A stretch of 64,000 bases of DNA from Treponemataceae bacterium (GCA_963677895.2 CAXXGJ010000018.1:480001-544000), one strand, 5' to 3'. Counted from the stretch's first letter, positions 10,903-21,464 are shown. Program-made: numbers and translations. Notes: generated by a model not told the origin, from the letters alone.

Positions 10903-12033
10903 ATGCTTGAATTTTTGACAGAGTTCGTTCAGTCGACCGGATTCGCCAATCTAGACCTCGGTCAGCTTCTTATGCTGATTGTCAGCTGTATTCTCCTCTA
11001 CCTTGGGATCTACAGGAAATATGAACCACTGCTTCTGGTTCCCATCGCTTTCGGCATGCTTCTCGCCAACCTTCCTCTCTCAGGCATCACCGACGGCCCG
11101 ATAGGAAACCAGCCCGGCGGCCTCATCTATTATCTCTACCAGGGCGTAAAGTTAGGCATATATCCGCCTCTCATCTTCCTGGGCATCGGAGCGATGACCG
11201 ATTTTGGCCCTCTCATTGCGAATCCTTCCAGCCTTCTCCTGGGAGCGGCCGCCCAGATCGGCATTTTCATCCCCTTCATTCTTGCAACCTACCTGGGTTT
11301 CGATCTTAAGGCCGCGGCGAGTATTGGCATCATTGGCGGAGCGGACGGCCCGACAGCTATCTACCTGACATCCCGCCTCAAGCCGGAAATGCTGGGGCCT
11401 ATAGCGATCGCCGCTTACTCCTACATGGCTCTTGTTCCCCTCATTCAGCCGCCCATAATGAGAGCGCTCACCACTCCCAAGGAAAGAGCGGTCAAGATGG
11501 CCCAGCTACGCGAGGTTACAAAGACCGAAAAAATCGTGTTTCCCATTGCGGTGACGCTTTTCGTCGGCCTACTTCTTCCCTCCGCCGTCCCTCTTGTCGG
11601 CGCCTTGATGCTTGGAAACCTTTTCAAGGAGACCGGCTCGACCGGCAGGCTTTCCGAAACCGCCCAACATGAGCTGATCAACATCCTTACGATTTTCCTC
11701 GGCGTCGCGGTCGGCTCCACGGCAACCGCAGAACGCTTCCTGAATCCCGAAACATTGAAGATCATCGTTCTCGGACTCTTCGCCTTCTCCTGCGGTACGG
11801 CAGGCGGCGTCCTTTTCGGGAAATTGATGTATCTGGTAACGGGGGGTAAGGTCAACCCGCTCATCGGCTCGGCGGGTGTATCTGCGGTTCCGATGGCCGC
11901 TCGTGTTTCCCAGGTTGTCGGCGCGGAAACCGATCCGACAAACTTCCTGCTCATGCACGCCATGGGACCCAATGTCTCAGGCGTCATTGGCTCCGCCGTG
12001 GCTGCCGGCGTTTTACTGACGATACTTGGATAA
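10903..12033 (+). CDS. mmdB: Na+-translocating decarboxylase beta subunit
   Basis: [41 protein letters not shown]; multi-TM. Confidence 0.93.
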   Translation: MLEFLTEFVQSTGFANLDLGQLLMLIVSCILLYLGIYRKYEPLLLVPIAFGMLLANLPLSGITDGPIGNQPGGLIYYLYQGVKLGIYPPLIFLGIGAMTDFGPLIANPSSLLLGAAAQIGIFIPFILATYLGFDLKAAASIGIIGGADGPTAIYLTSRLKPEMLGPIAIAAYSYMALVPLIQPPIMRALTTPKERAVKMAQLREVTKTEKIVFPIAVTLFVGLLLPSAVPLVGALMLGNLFKETGSTGRLSETAQHELINILTIFLGVAVGSTATAERFLNPETLKIIVLGLFAFSCGTAGGVLFGKLMYLVTGGKVNPLIGSAGVSAVPMAARVSQVVGAETDPTNFLLMHAMGPNVSGVIGSAVAAGVLLTILG

Positions 12034-12050
12034 GAAACAAGAATCGGCGC

Positions 12051-12079
12051 AAGCGGTCCCTTCAGGGACCGCTTTTTTT
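12051..12079 (+). terminator. Intrinsic terminator of the mmd operon
   Basis: AAGCGGTCCCT-TC-AGGGACCGCTT followed by a T-run. Confidence 0.85.
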
Positions 12080-12247
12080 ATGCTGTTTAATCAAAAATTT
12101 TGAATTTTATGTTTCTATCTATAAGATTGAGACCAAAAATTGCCGCCTTTCTCTTTCCCGGCATAGACTGACATGCTATAGTTCTCGAAATTCTGGTATA
12201 TTTATACTTTTTCGATGGGTTTTTCCATCGCAACCTGGAGAATAGTG

Positions 12248-14686
12248 ATGAATGTGCTTAAATTCGGCGGCGCTTCGGTAGGAAGCGTCGAAGCGATCGG
12301 AAACCTGGTCGAGATTGTCAGGGCGGGTAACGAGAAGATCATCGTCGTTTCGGCTTTCGCCGGCGTCACGGACGAGTTGATCCGCGCCGCGAAACGAGCC
12401 GAGAAACGCGCCGATTACCTGCCTGTTCTCGAAACGCTTCGCTCCAGGCACAAAACCGTGGCCGAGCATTTCCTGAGGGACAAAGCGGCTACCGCCGCTC
12501 TCTCCGAGATAGACGCCCATTTTATGGAGTTGAGCGACTTCCTGCGGGGCATAGAACTCCTGAGGGATCTGACGAAGCGCAGCCTCGACCAGATCATGAG
12601 CGTCGGCGAACGCCTCTCCGCCGCCCTGATCGCCCGAATCCTGACGGCGGGGGAGATACCGGCCCGGTACGTCGACGCGCGCGAACTAATCAGGACCGAC
12701 GCCAATTTCGGCTCGGCCCGCTATCTCGAGGGTGAAACCCGCCAGCTTGTCGCGGCGAGGCTGCCCGCAATCGACGCCGCGGCCGTCATACCCGGATTCA
12801 TCGGCTCGACGACGGAAGGTTTCACCACGACGCTGGGGAGGGGAGGCTCCGATTTCACGGCCAGCATCATTGGCTCCTGCCTCGGCGCCGACGAGATAAG
12901 GATATGGTCCGATGTGGACGGCATGCTCACGGCCGATCCCCAGCTGGTGGCCGACGCCTTCCTGATCCATGAAATTTCCTATGAAGAAGCCCTCGAAATG
13001 ACCCATTTCGGGGCGAAGGTAGTGAATCCCCCGGCCCTTCTGCCGGCCATGGAGTCGGGCATCCCCATCAGGATACTCAACGCCTTCAATACTTCGGGCA
13101 AGGGCACGCTGATCGTGAAACAGGCAGGGAAGAGCGACTATCCCGTCCGTGGGCTGGCGTCCATACCCGCGGTCAGCTTGCTCAGCATTCGCGGCATCGG
13201 GATGCCCGGCGTGACCGGCATCGCCGGCCGGATGTTCGGCGCCCTGGCCCGCTCCAGGATAAACGTGATACTCATAACGCAGGCATCGAGCGAGCTCTCG
13301 ATCTGCTGCGCGATAGATCCAGAGGACGCGATCGACGGCCGGCGGGCGCTCAGGGAGGAATTCGCCCTTGAGATAGCCGCCGGATTCATCGGCGAGCCGT
13401 CGATAGAGAGCGAACTGTGCGTCATCGCCGTCGTGGGCGAGCAGATGAAGCAGAGAACGGGCATAGCCGGAAGGGTCTTCTCCGCGCTGGGGAGGAATGG
13501 CGTCAACGTCGTGGCCATCGCCCAGGGCTCTTCCGAGCTCAATATCTCCATCGTGACTTCCGCCCAGAACAGGGCGAAAGCGCTGAACGTCATCCACGAT
13601 TCCTTCTTCCTCGCCGGAATCAGGACGGTCAACCTCTTCATGGTCGGCACCGGCCTGATAGGCGGAACCCTTCTCGCCCAGATCGCCGACCAGAGAGAGC
13701 GGCTCCTCAGGGAACATTCCATTCGGATCAACCTCGTGGGGCTCGCCAATTCCAGGAAGATGATCATCGACCCGAGGGGCATCGACGAGACCGACTGGAA
13801 GAAAAGCCTTTCCGAAGGCAGGGCGGCGGATTTCGGCCGCTACGTGGATGCGATCAAGGCCCTCAACCTGCCCTCGGCCTGCTTCTGCGACTGCACGGCC
13901 AGCGAGCTGCCCCCCGATCACTACAAGGAGCTCTTCGAAGCCTCCATTTCCGTCGTCACGCCCAACAAGCGCGCCAATGCCGGTCCGTTCGAGCGTTACC
14001 ACGCCCTGAAGGAAGCCGCCCGCCAGATGGACGTCGCGTACGGCTATGAGACCACCGTGGGCGCCGGCCTGCCCGTCATCGGCACCCTCCACGACCTCGT
14101 GGCCTGCGGCGACAGCATCGCCAGGATAGAAGCCGTCCTTTCGGGGACCGTCAGTTTTATCTTCAATCAGCTAGGCAGGGGCAAGAGCTTTTCCTCCCTC
14201 GTCCTCGAAGCCAAGGAAAAGGGCTATACCGAGCCCGATCCCCGGGACGACCTGGGCGCCATCGATATCGCGCGAAAGACGCTGATCCTCATACGGGAAG
14301 CGGGATTCCGTCTCGACTACAAGGATATAGCCATACAGCCTCTCCTCCCGGAGAGCCTGACGAAGGCGCCCAGCGTGGAAAAGTTCCTGTCGATGCTGCC
14401 CGAAGCCGACGAAACGATCGACGGGATGGCGAAGGATGCCGCTTCGCGAGGCAAAGTGCTGCGTTACGTAGCTACGATCCAGCCCGATTCAGCCTCGCTT
14501 TCCCTGCGGGAATACGGCCCCGAGAGCCCCTTCTACAACCTGAGCGGCACCGACAATCTCGTCATGTTCACGACGGCCCGCTACTCGGCCAATCCGCTCG
14601 TGGTGCGCGGTCCCGGCGCCGGCGCCGCGGTTACGGCCGGCGGCGTCTTCGCGGACATTCTGAAGACGGCTCAGTCCTATCTGTAA
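12248..14686 (+). CDS. thrA: Bifunctional aspartokinase/homoserine dehydrogenase
   Basis: LKFGGAS, TTLGRGGSD, two ACT domains, GTGLIG, YETTVGAGLP, EPDPRDDL, GPGAG. Confidence 0.95.
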   Translation: MNVLKFGGASVGSVEAIGNLVEIVRAGNEKIIVVSAFAGVTDELIRAAKRAEKRADYLPVLETLRSRHKTVAEHFLRDKAATAALSEIDAHFMELSDFLRGIELLRDLTKRSLDQIMSVGERLSAALIARILTAGEIPARYVDARELIRTDANFGSARYLEGETRQLVAARLPAIDAAAVIPGFIGSTTEGFTTTLGRGGSDFTASIIGSCLGADEIRIWSDVDGMLTADPQLVADAFLIHEISYEEALEMTHFGAKVVNPPALLPAMESGIPIRILNAFNTSGKGTLIVKQAGKSDYPVRGLASIPAVSLLSIRGIGMPGVTGIAGRMFGALARSRINVILITQASSELSICCAIDPEDAIDGRRALREEFALEIAAGFIGEPSIESELCVIAVVGEQMKQRTGIAGRVFSALGRNGVNVVAIAQGSSELNISIVTSAQNRAKALNVIHDSFFLAGIRTVNLFMVGTGLIGGTLLAQIADQRERLLREHSIRINLVGLANSRKMIIDPRGIDETDWKKSLSEGRAADFGRYVDAIKALNLPSACFCDCTASELPPDHYKELFEASISVVTPNKRANAGPFERYHALKEAARQMDVAYGYETTVGAGLPVIGTLHDLVACGDSIARIEAVLSGTVSFIFNQLGRGKSFSSLVLEAKEKGYTEPDPRDDLGAIDIARKTLILIREAGFRLDYKDIAIQPLLPESLTKAPSVEKFLSMLPEADETIDGMAKDAASRGKVLRYVATIQPDSASLSLREYGPESPFYNLSGTDNLVMFTTARYSANPLVVRGPGAGAAVTAGGVFADILKTAQSYL

Positions 14687-14740
14687 AGAACGATTCTGTT
14701 TCCGTCGCGTATCAAATCGTGGTGCCATATATATGAAGAA

Positions 14741-14772
14741 ACCCAGCGGTTCAGTTACATGAACCGCTGGGT
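14741..14772. terminator. Hairpin between convergent thrA and TRAP permease
   Basis: ACCCAGCGGTTCA-GTTACA-TGAACCGCTGGGT, a perfect 13-bp stem. Confidence 0.75.
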
Positions 14773-14834
14773 CTCTGATCTATTGAGCCGTTGGCGCCCC
14801 GCTGATTTTTATCTGCAGCCGCTACCTGCTATAC

Positions 14835-16871
14835 TCAGGCGACCACACTTGGGCTGGCTGTCTTTTTCGCTTTTGATATCTGCAAAAGGACGACTGCCAG
14901 GAGTAGGACAGCGCCGATAGAATCGGTCAGGAGCCCTGGTGTGACCAGACCGAGTCCCCCCAAAAACGCCAGAATTCTTTCATACCACTTCATGTTCGTG
15001 AGCATATATCCTTCAGCGCCCATCGCGACACCGATGATGCCGATAATGGATGAGATAATCATCCAGATCATCTGCACGGGATGATCAGATACGCCGAAAA
15101 GAAGCATTTGGGGATTAAAGACGAAAATGAACGGGATGATGAAGGCCGCGATGCCCAGCTTTGTCGCCTGAATGCCAGTCTTTATCGGATCGCATTTGGC
15201 GATCGCCGCGCCGGCGAAAGCTGCCAGGCAGACTGGCGGCGTGATATCGGCCAGTACGCCAAAATAAAAAGCGAACATGTTGGCGGAAAGTACAATGGCC
15301 GCTGAATCTGGCGGGAAGGCATATCCTGCCGTATGGTTGAGAATCATGATGATCGCCGGAGCGGCTATCGTGGAGGTGATGACATAGTTGGCCGTAGTGG
15401 GGACGCCCATGCCGAGAATAAGGGAAGTAAACATGGTGAAGATGAGCGTCAGCATGAGATTGTTGTGTGCGGCGGCGACCAGGACTTCGCCGAGTTTCAG
15501 GCCGAGACCGGTCTTCGTCACTACGCCAGTGATGATGCCGGCGCATGCGCAGGCCGCGATAATACCAAGGGCGCCCCTGGCTCCGGATTCGAGCGAGTTG
15601 ACTATGTCCATGAAGACAAACGTCGCCTTTTGACCTCTGATTAAATTGACGACCGAGACGATGCCTGCGACTGCCACGGAGATGATGATCGCCCACAAGG
15701 CCGCCTTCATTGGGGTTGCGCCCGAGGTGAGAAGGTAGATGATCGCGACCAAAGGAAGCATCAGATAGCCCTTTTTAAAAAGGAGATCCTTGGCTTTGGG
15801 CAATTCTTCGCGCTTCAGGCCTTTGAGACCTAGCTTTTTGGCTTCGAAATGAACTTGCGTGAATACGGCAAAGAAATAGAGCAGGGCGGGAATCGCGGCG
15901 GCGAGGGCAATTCGCCCATAGGGGACACCCGTGAATTCCGCCATGAGGAAGGCTGCGGCGCCCATGATGGGGGGCATTAGCTGTCCGCCAGTCGAGGCTG
16001 TGGCTTCGACTGCGCCTGCAAATTCAGGTTTGTAGCCTAGCTTTTTCATCATTGGAATGGTGAAGGATCCCGTTCCTACGACGTTGCCGACAGATGAGCC
16101 GGAGACTGTTCCCATGAGAGCGCTGGAGATGACCGCTACTTTCGCGGGGCCTCCTGATGCCCACCCTGCGAGGGAGTTGGCGATGTCAATGAAGAATTGG
16201 CCAAGACCCGTTTTCTCGAGGAATGAGCCAAAGAGGATGAACAGGAATATAAAGGTACTCGACACGCCTATTGGCGTACCAAATATGCCTTCCGTCGTGA
16301 ACCAGAGGTGCTCGATCAATCCATCGACCGTAACGCCCCTGTGCGCCATCTTGCCTGGAATATAGGGACCAGCGAATGCGTAGGCGATGAAGACGAGGGC
16401 AACGATGACCATCGGGAGTCCGACGACGCGGCGAGTCGCCTCAAGCACGAGCAGGACGCCGACGATTCCTATCGCGATGTCGAGCGGGGTCGGAGTTCCC
16501 GAACGCTGTGACAGCGTATTCGTCCACAATATGGTTATATAGAGAGGAGCCGCCGCGCCCAACACCGAGAGGACCGCATCGAGGGGATGTAATTTTTTCC
16601 TGGACCATTTCTTGCTCGTCGGGTAGAAAAGAAAGATGAGGCAAAACGCGAAGCCTACATGGATCGAACGCTGCATCATGGCGTCGAGTACACCAAAGCC
16701 GGCCGTATACAGCTGAAAAACTGAAAAGACGATACAGAGCGCGGCTATCATCTTGCCAAAGAATCCCGCAAACTGCCGGTAATCCGATTCCTTATCGAAT
16801 TTTCGCATTATCTCCTGGGCATCGACGGGTGTGTCAGTAGCCTTTGCTTCGACTTCTGGTTTTTCACTCAT
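14835..16871 (-). CDS. TRAP transporter fused (4TM/12TM) permease
   Basis: GGPAKVAV, EATASTGGQLMPPIMGAAAF, LGMGVPTTANY, DITPPV. Confidence 0.92.
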   Translation of the reverse strand: MSEKPEVEAKATDTPVDAQEIMRKFDKESDYRQFAGFFGKMIAALCIVFSVFQLYTAGFGVLDAMMQRSIHVGFAFCLIFLFYPTSKKWSRKKLHPLDAVLSVLGAAAPLYITILWTNTLSQRSGTPTPLDIAIGIVGVLLVLEATRRVVGLPMVIVALVFIAYAFAGPYIPGKMAHRGVTVDGLIEHLWFTTEGIFGTPIGVSSTFIFLFILFGSFLEKTGLGQFFIDIANSLAGWASGGPAKVAVISSALMGTVSGSSVGNVVGTGSFTIPMMKKLGYKPEFAGAVEATASTGGQLMPPIMGAAAFLMAEFTGVPYGRIALAAAIPALLYFFAVFTQVHFEAKKLGLKGLKREELPKAKDLLFKKGYLMLPLVAIIYLLTSGATPMKAALWAIIISVAVAGIVSVVNLIRGQKATFVFMDIVNSLESGARGALGIIAACACAGIITGVVTKTGLGLKLGEVLVAAAHNNLMLTLIFTMFTSLILGMGVPTTANYVITSTIAAPAIIMILNHTAGYAFPPDSAAIVLSANMFAFYFGVLADITPPVCLAAFAGAAIAKCDPIKTGIQATKLGIAAFIIPFIFVFNPQMLLFGVSDHPVQMIWMIISSIIGIIGVAMGAEGYMLTNMKWYERILAFLGGLGLVTPGLLTDSIGAVLLLAVVLLQISKAKKTASPSVVA

Positions 16872-16891
16872 GCGGATGGTCCCTCCTGGTT

Positions 16892-17404
16892 TTATTGTAT
16901 TGATGTCGCCTTAGCGACCAAAAACAACTGGGTTTCCTGGGGAACCCAGTTGGTGAAAGGATAGAAATGATCATCAACGGCGATTCCGTGCCCTTCGACG
17001 ATAGAAACCATCACGGGGATGACAGCGAAATCGCGCGACATGTCCAAAATGAATTTGCCGCCGACGAGGTGATATCCACCTTCGGCGTCGGCCGGCATGC
17101 CCACTCCCGAACTCTCATACTCCAGCTCGAACAGATGCAAAATTAGCGTTCCGTCCGGGCCGGCGACAACCGTAAAGCGTTCTACCACGGGTGTCAGGTG
17201 GTAAGAATGCACGAAGACGTGGTCGAAGCGATTATTACGCAGAGGAATTTCTGCGATGATTCGTGATTCGCGGTCCGATACGATCAAAATAATAGGGCCG
17301 GCCGTCGATCCGATCTGCTGCGATGTGTCCTGCGCGAAAACGGGTGGAATGCGGACCGCCAGCGACAAGAACGCGGCGATTACCGCAAATATTGCCCGTT
17401 TCAT
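16892..17404 (-). CDS. DUF1850-like TAXI-TRAP accessory protein
   Basis: FVHSYHLTPVVERF...ESSGVGMP; typical position between the TAXI binding protein and the permease. Confidence 0.75.
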   Translation of the reverse strand: MKRAIFAVIAAFLSLAVRIPPVFAQDTSQQIGSTAGPIILIVSDRESRIIAEIPLRNNRFDHVFVHSYHLTPVVERFTVVAGPDGTLILHLFELEYESSGVGMPADAEGGYHLVGGKFILDMSRDFAVIPVMVSIVEGHGIAVDDHFYPFTNWVPQETQLFLVAKATSIQ

Positions 17405-17415
17405 TTTGTTGCTCC

Positions 17416-17448
17416 AAAAACAGGCGCTAGCATGATTACTAGCGCCCG
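17416..17448 (-). terminator. Intra-operon terminator/stabilising hairpin after the TAXI binding-protein gene
   Basis: Minus strand GGCGCTAG-TAATCATG-CTAGCGCC followed by TGTTTTT. Confidence 0.6.
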
Positions 17449-17506
17449 CTTACTTGAATTCTTTCAATAAATCTGAAAAACATGGTAACGGGAAGCGAGA
17501 ATAAAA

Positions 17507-18442
17507 TTATTTATTCTCCTTGAAGAACTTCTCGGCACCTGGATGCAGCGGGATGGACATTCCATCGGTTCCCGTGGCGATGGTGGCGTCGGCGCCTTTC
17601 TTATGCGACGCGGCAAGGCGTTCCCTGTTGGCATACATGGTCTTGAGAAGGTCATAGACGAGCTGGGCGTCGAGCTTGGAGCTGACGGCGAGCATGGACT
17701 TCACGGAGACAGTCCAGACATCGGAAGTCTGGCCCATGTAGGTGCCGGCGGCGAGTTTTTCGGGCGTATAGAACTGATATTTTCCCATGAGTTTCTTCGC
17801 CACTTCTCCGTCGATCGCGACGATCGTGATTTTCTTGGAAGCGCCGAGGTCCTGGATGGCCGCGGTCGGGGCTCCGGCGGTGTTGAATGCCGCGTCGATG
17901 TTCCCGTCTTTCAGGTTGGATGCGGATTCGGCGAAGGACAGATACTGAACCTTGATGTCGGCATAGGAAAGTCCGGCCGCTTCGAGCACCTGGCGAGCGT
18001 TGAGTTCGACGCCCGATCCGGCCGCGCCCACTGAGACTCTCTTGCCTTTGAGATCGGCGACGGTTTTGATGCCGGAATCCTGGAGGGCGATGAGCTGGAC
18101 CGTCTCGTTGTAGATGCAGGCGAGTCCGCGGATGTTCTTGGTGCCCTTGCCCTTGTAGATTTCGAGATCGTTGAGAGCGTAATAAGCGGCGTCGTTCTGC
18201 ACGAAGATGACATCGACTTCGCCCTTGGCGAGCATGGCGATGTTGGCGGCGGAAGCGCCCGTCGCGGTGGCGTTGGCGTTCATCTTGGGGATATTCTTGT
18301 TCCAGATCTCGGCGAGAGCTCCGCCGAGGGGGAAGTAGGTTCCGGCAGTACCACCGGTCGCGATGGTGAGGAACTTCTGCTGAGCGGAAACGCTGCCTAC
18401 GATAGCCAGCAAGCAGAACAACATTGCCAATAGCTTCTTCAT
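17507..18442 (-). CDS. TAXI-family TRAP solute-binding protein
   Basis: Signal peptide, IATGGTAGTYFPLG, DLKGKRVSVGAAGSG, PLHPGA. Confidence 0.92.
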   Translation of the reverse strand: MKKLLAMLFCLLAIVGSVSAQQKFLTIATGGTAGTYFPLGGALAEIWNKNIPKMNANATATGASAANIAMLAKGEVDVIFVQNDAAYYALNDLEIYKGKGTKNIRGLACIYNETVQLIALQDSGIKTVADLKGKRVSVGAAGSGVELNARQVLEAAGLSYADIKVQYLSFAESASNLKDGNIDAAFNTAGAPTAAIQDLGASKKITIVAIDGEVAKKLMGKYQFYTPEKLAAGTYMGQTSDVWTVSVKSMLAVSSKLDAQLVYDLLKTMYANRERLAASHKKGADATIATGTDGMSIPLHPGAEKFFKENK

Positions 18443-18578
18443 TGAAACCTCCATAAATAACATTGACCTTAGCCAGCCTTAGAGCGCTGTCCTAACGTCA
18501 TCAGTATAGAATGGAATTGGCTATCCGGCAATCGGCAATTTCTGATTTAGGCTTTAAGGAGTGGATGCGGCAATTAAT

Positions 18579-18660
18579 AAAAAGAAGGCTTCCGAAGAAG
18601 GAGGCACAACCCGGAAACCTTCATATCCGATACTTGGGCTTAGCCTGCGTAAAGGGATAC
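18579..18660 (-). ncRNA. Candidate small RNA with its own promoter and terminator
   Basis: TTGACC-N18-TATATT at 18694-18665. 3' hairpin GAAGGTTTCCG...CGGAAGCCTTC then TTTTT, with CCTCCTT in the loop. No ORF seen. Confidence 0.5.
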
Positions 18661-18821
18661 CAAGAATATAGCGAAAAGCGAAAATGATGGTCAATACTTT
18701 ATCGATAAAAAAAGCTCTTTAGATTCTGTTTTTAGGCCCTAGGGCGTGACTCATCTGGGCTGTCATGAGATTGCGCTTTGTCCTTTCCTCGTGTATTGTA
18801 CCTGCGTTTGGAGGTCTGTCC

Positions 18822-20144
18822 GTGATTTCTTTCGAACACTGGAAAGATGGTTTCGTGATGACGATTGAAGGCAGGCGGGTCCTGCGGCACTCCTCCGCTT
18901 CCCCGGTCATCTTCCTGGGCATTCCGGATAAAAGAACGGCGGAAAGCCAAGCCGTAAAATCCGGAAAATTCACCTGGCAGCATCTCGGCATTCCCCGCAT
19001 CGTCAACGAGGGTCCCGAACTCACCGTGCTGGACTTCGGTCCGGCTTGCACGATAAGACTCTTCTATGGCGAAAGAGTGCTCCATATAGGCTTTTCCTCG
19101 TCGAGCGCGAAACCGGGAGCGGTCAGGCTGCGTTTCGGCGCCGTCCCCGGAGAAATGCTGTTCGGCGCCGGCCCTTCCGCCGGCTGCGACATGAAAGGCA
19201 GGAAAGTCGCGCTTTCGCCTGACGGCTCGGATGAAGCCTCGCGACAGGAGCCTTCGGTCATGTCCAACTCCGGCACCTGGATTCATGTGGACGGCGGGGG
19301 ATCTACCGATTGGGACTTCCGCGGCTCCATCACCGAGCTTTCCTGTTCGACCATGCCTAGGGAAATCGCCCTTGGTTTCGGGAAGACCGTCGCCGCCGGC
19401 ATGGAACTTTTAACAAGACACAAGGCCGGAAAGCGGGCAAGGCTGCCCGATTGGATGCTGGCCGGTCCAATATTCGAGGAAAAGGGGAGAGGTTTTCGGA
19501 TCGAAGCCGCCGCGGACGGCGAAGAAAGCCGCTTTATCGGCGGGGAGGAGTGGGCGAAAATTCTGGCCGCTGCCTCGGCGAGGGCTCTTCCTCTCCAGGC
19601 GGCCGGGATGAAAAGCGCCGGCGGTCTCGTCGGCACGATTCTGTCGCTCTCTTTCTCCGGATATGGCCAGATATTCATGCGCGATGGTCTTGAGCTGGCG
19701 GCTTTCGGTCCGCTTTTCGTGGCGAGCGCCCTACCCGACGGACAGGACGAGGCAAAAGACCGCAGGTTCGCGACATCGGCCGCGATATACGCGATCCTGA
19801 AGCCCTATCGGGAGCGCTGTTCGGCGGAATGGGTGGAGAAGGGCATCCCCTCTCTGGTTCATCCCGCGCTGTTGTATCCTAATGAAGACGCGTTGTGGAA
19901 ATTCTGCGACCAGTACCTGTACGGATCCGATGTCTTCATCGCCCCGACGCCGGAAGGAGGGCAAGGTCCGCGCCGCCTATACCTGCCCGACGATGAATGG
20001 ATTCATATCTGGACATCGCGCCGCTATCGGGGGGGAGTAACCATCGTCGACGCCCCCGAAGGGAAACCGGCGATCTTCTACAGGAGCCGCAGTCCCTTTG
20101 CCAGGCTCTTCGACGATCTGAGGCTGAAGGCCACTAGACTCTAG
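18822..20144 (+). CDS. GH31/YihQ-like protein with a shortened, degenerate catalytic barrel
   Basis: C-terminal DQYLYGSDVFIAP...LYLPDDEWIHIWT...VDAPEGKPAIFYR is typical of GH31; only about 440 aa; GTG start after GGAGG. Confidence 0.6.
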   Translation: MISFEHWKDGFVMTIEGRRVLRHSSASPVIFLGIPDKRTAESQAVKSGKFTWQHLGIPRIVNEGPELTVLDFGPACTIRLFYGERVLHIGFSSSSAKPGAVRLRFGAVPGEMLFGAGPSAGCDMKGRKVALSPDGSDEASRQEPSVMSNSGTWIHVDGGGSTDWDFRGSITELSCSTMPREIALGFGKTVAAGMELLTRHKAGKRARLPDWMLAGPIFEEKGRGFRIEAAADGEESRFIGGEEWAKILAAASARALPLQAAGMKSAGGLVGTILSLSFSGYGQIFMRDGLELAAFGPLFVASALPDGQDEAKDRRFATSAAIYAILKPYRERCSAEWVEKGIPSLVHPALLYPNEDALWKFCDQYLYGSDVFIAPTPEGGQGPRRLYLPDDEWIHIWTSRRYRGGVTIVDAPEGKPAIFYRSRSPFARLFDDLRLKATRL

Positions 20145-20162
20145 GCGTAAGCCTTCCAGGTT

Positions 20163-21458
20163 CTAGACGCGCGTCACGCGCTTGCGGGAGAGGAGGGCGA
20201 CGGCCCGCGCCTCTATGGCATTCCCCGATCCGATCTCCCCGAAGCCTTCGTTGGTTTTAGCCTTGACGGATACGGCGGAACGCGGCAATCCCAGCGTCTC
20301 GGCTATGGAGGCGCGGATGGCTTCGCGGTATGGTCCCAGCCTCGGCTTCTCAAGGATGACGGTGCAGTCGATGTTGCCCAGCTTCCAGCCCGCATCGCGG
20401 ACTTCGTCAGCCGCGATGCGCGCCAGGTGCCCCGAATCCGCATCCTTCCAGCGCGGATCGGAGGGCGGGAAATGGGAACCGATATCGCCCAAGGCCGCCG
20501 CGCCGATGAGCGCGTCGATGATGGCATGCCAGAGAACGTCGCCGTCCGAATGGCCGACTTCACCCTTGTCGTGTTCGATCCCGATTCCCCCGAGGAGGAG
20601 CCTGCGGCCGGATACGAGGGCGTGGATGTCCCAGCCTTCGCCGATCCTGAAGGTGATGCTGTCTTCTTCGGCGGGCAAATCTTCCCTGAAGGTTATCTTT
20701 CTGTTCTTCCTGTCGCCGGGGACGGAGGCTACTTTCCCGACATAGCGATCCCATATCGAGGCGTCATCCGTACAGGTCCAGCCTTCGGTGGCGGCGGCGC
20801 CGTGGGCGGCGGCGAGGGCCGCGAGGGCGAATCCCTGGGGCGTCTGAGCGGCCTTTACCGAATCGCGCTCAAGGTGGGTTTCGATGAAGCCGTCGGCCGA
20901 TATCGCTTTGGGGGTGTCGGGAAGATCGCTCAAAGGAATGCAGGCGCCGTTGGCTCTGGCCGAGGCGAGGACAGCGTCGATGGTATCGGCCGCCACCCAG
21001 GGGCGTGCCGCGTCATGAACGAGGACGACTGCCCCGGCCGGATCGATGGCGGTGTCGGGAAGAGCGGTGCCGGGAAGAGCGGCGCCACAGGCTTCGACGA
21101 GCGCGTCGAGTCCGCTTTTCACCGAGGCTTGTCTCGTTTCGCCGCCCTGGACGAAATGAAGACCGCATGCCAGCGCGGCCAGCTTTACGGCCAGCACCTC
21201 GTCGACGCTCGCCCGTATCTCGTCGAGCCGGCCGGCGGGGTAGGTGATGACGACGCCGGCGAGATCCCTGAGGTGGAGGAAGGCCTCCAGCGAATGCTGA
21301 AGTATGCTTTTGCCTTCCAGCGAAAGGAGTTCTTTTTTAGTGCCGCCGAACCGCGAACTGGAGCCGGCCGCGGTCAGAAGGAGAAACACTCCATGGCCGA
21401 GGGGTAGGCGAGGAGCTTCCAGGCAGCGATGAGCATCCAGCGGGTCTGTGCCGGACAT
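20163..21458 (-). CDS. ispDF: Bifunctional IspD/IspF (MEP pathway)
   Basis: AAGSSSRFG, GGETRQASV, HDAARP, QTPQGF; then RIGEGWDIH, GHSDGDVLWHAIIDAL, VKAKT. Confidence 0.93.
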   Translation of the reverse strand: MSGTDPLDAHRCLEAPRLPLGHGVFLLLTAAGSSSRFGGTKKELLSLEGKSILQHSLEAFLHLRDLAGVVITYPAGRLDEIRASVDEVLAVKLAALACGLHFVQGGETRQASVKSGLDALVEACGAALPGTALPDTAIDPAGAVVLVHDAARPWVAADTIDAVLASARANGACIPLSDLPDTPKAISADGFIETHLERDSVKAAQTPQGFALAALAAAHGAAATEGWTCTDDASIWDRYVGKVASVPGDRKNRKITFREDLPAEEDSITFRIGEGWDIHALVSGRRLLLGGIGIEHDKGEVGHSDGDVLWHAIIDALIGAAALGDIGSHFPPSDPRWKDADSGHLARIAADEVRDAGWKLGNIDCTVILEKPRLGPYREAIRASIAETLGLPRSAVSVKAKTNEGFGEIGSGNAIEARAVALLSRKRVTRV

Positions 21459-21464
21459 CGGATT

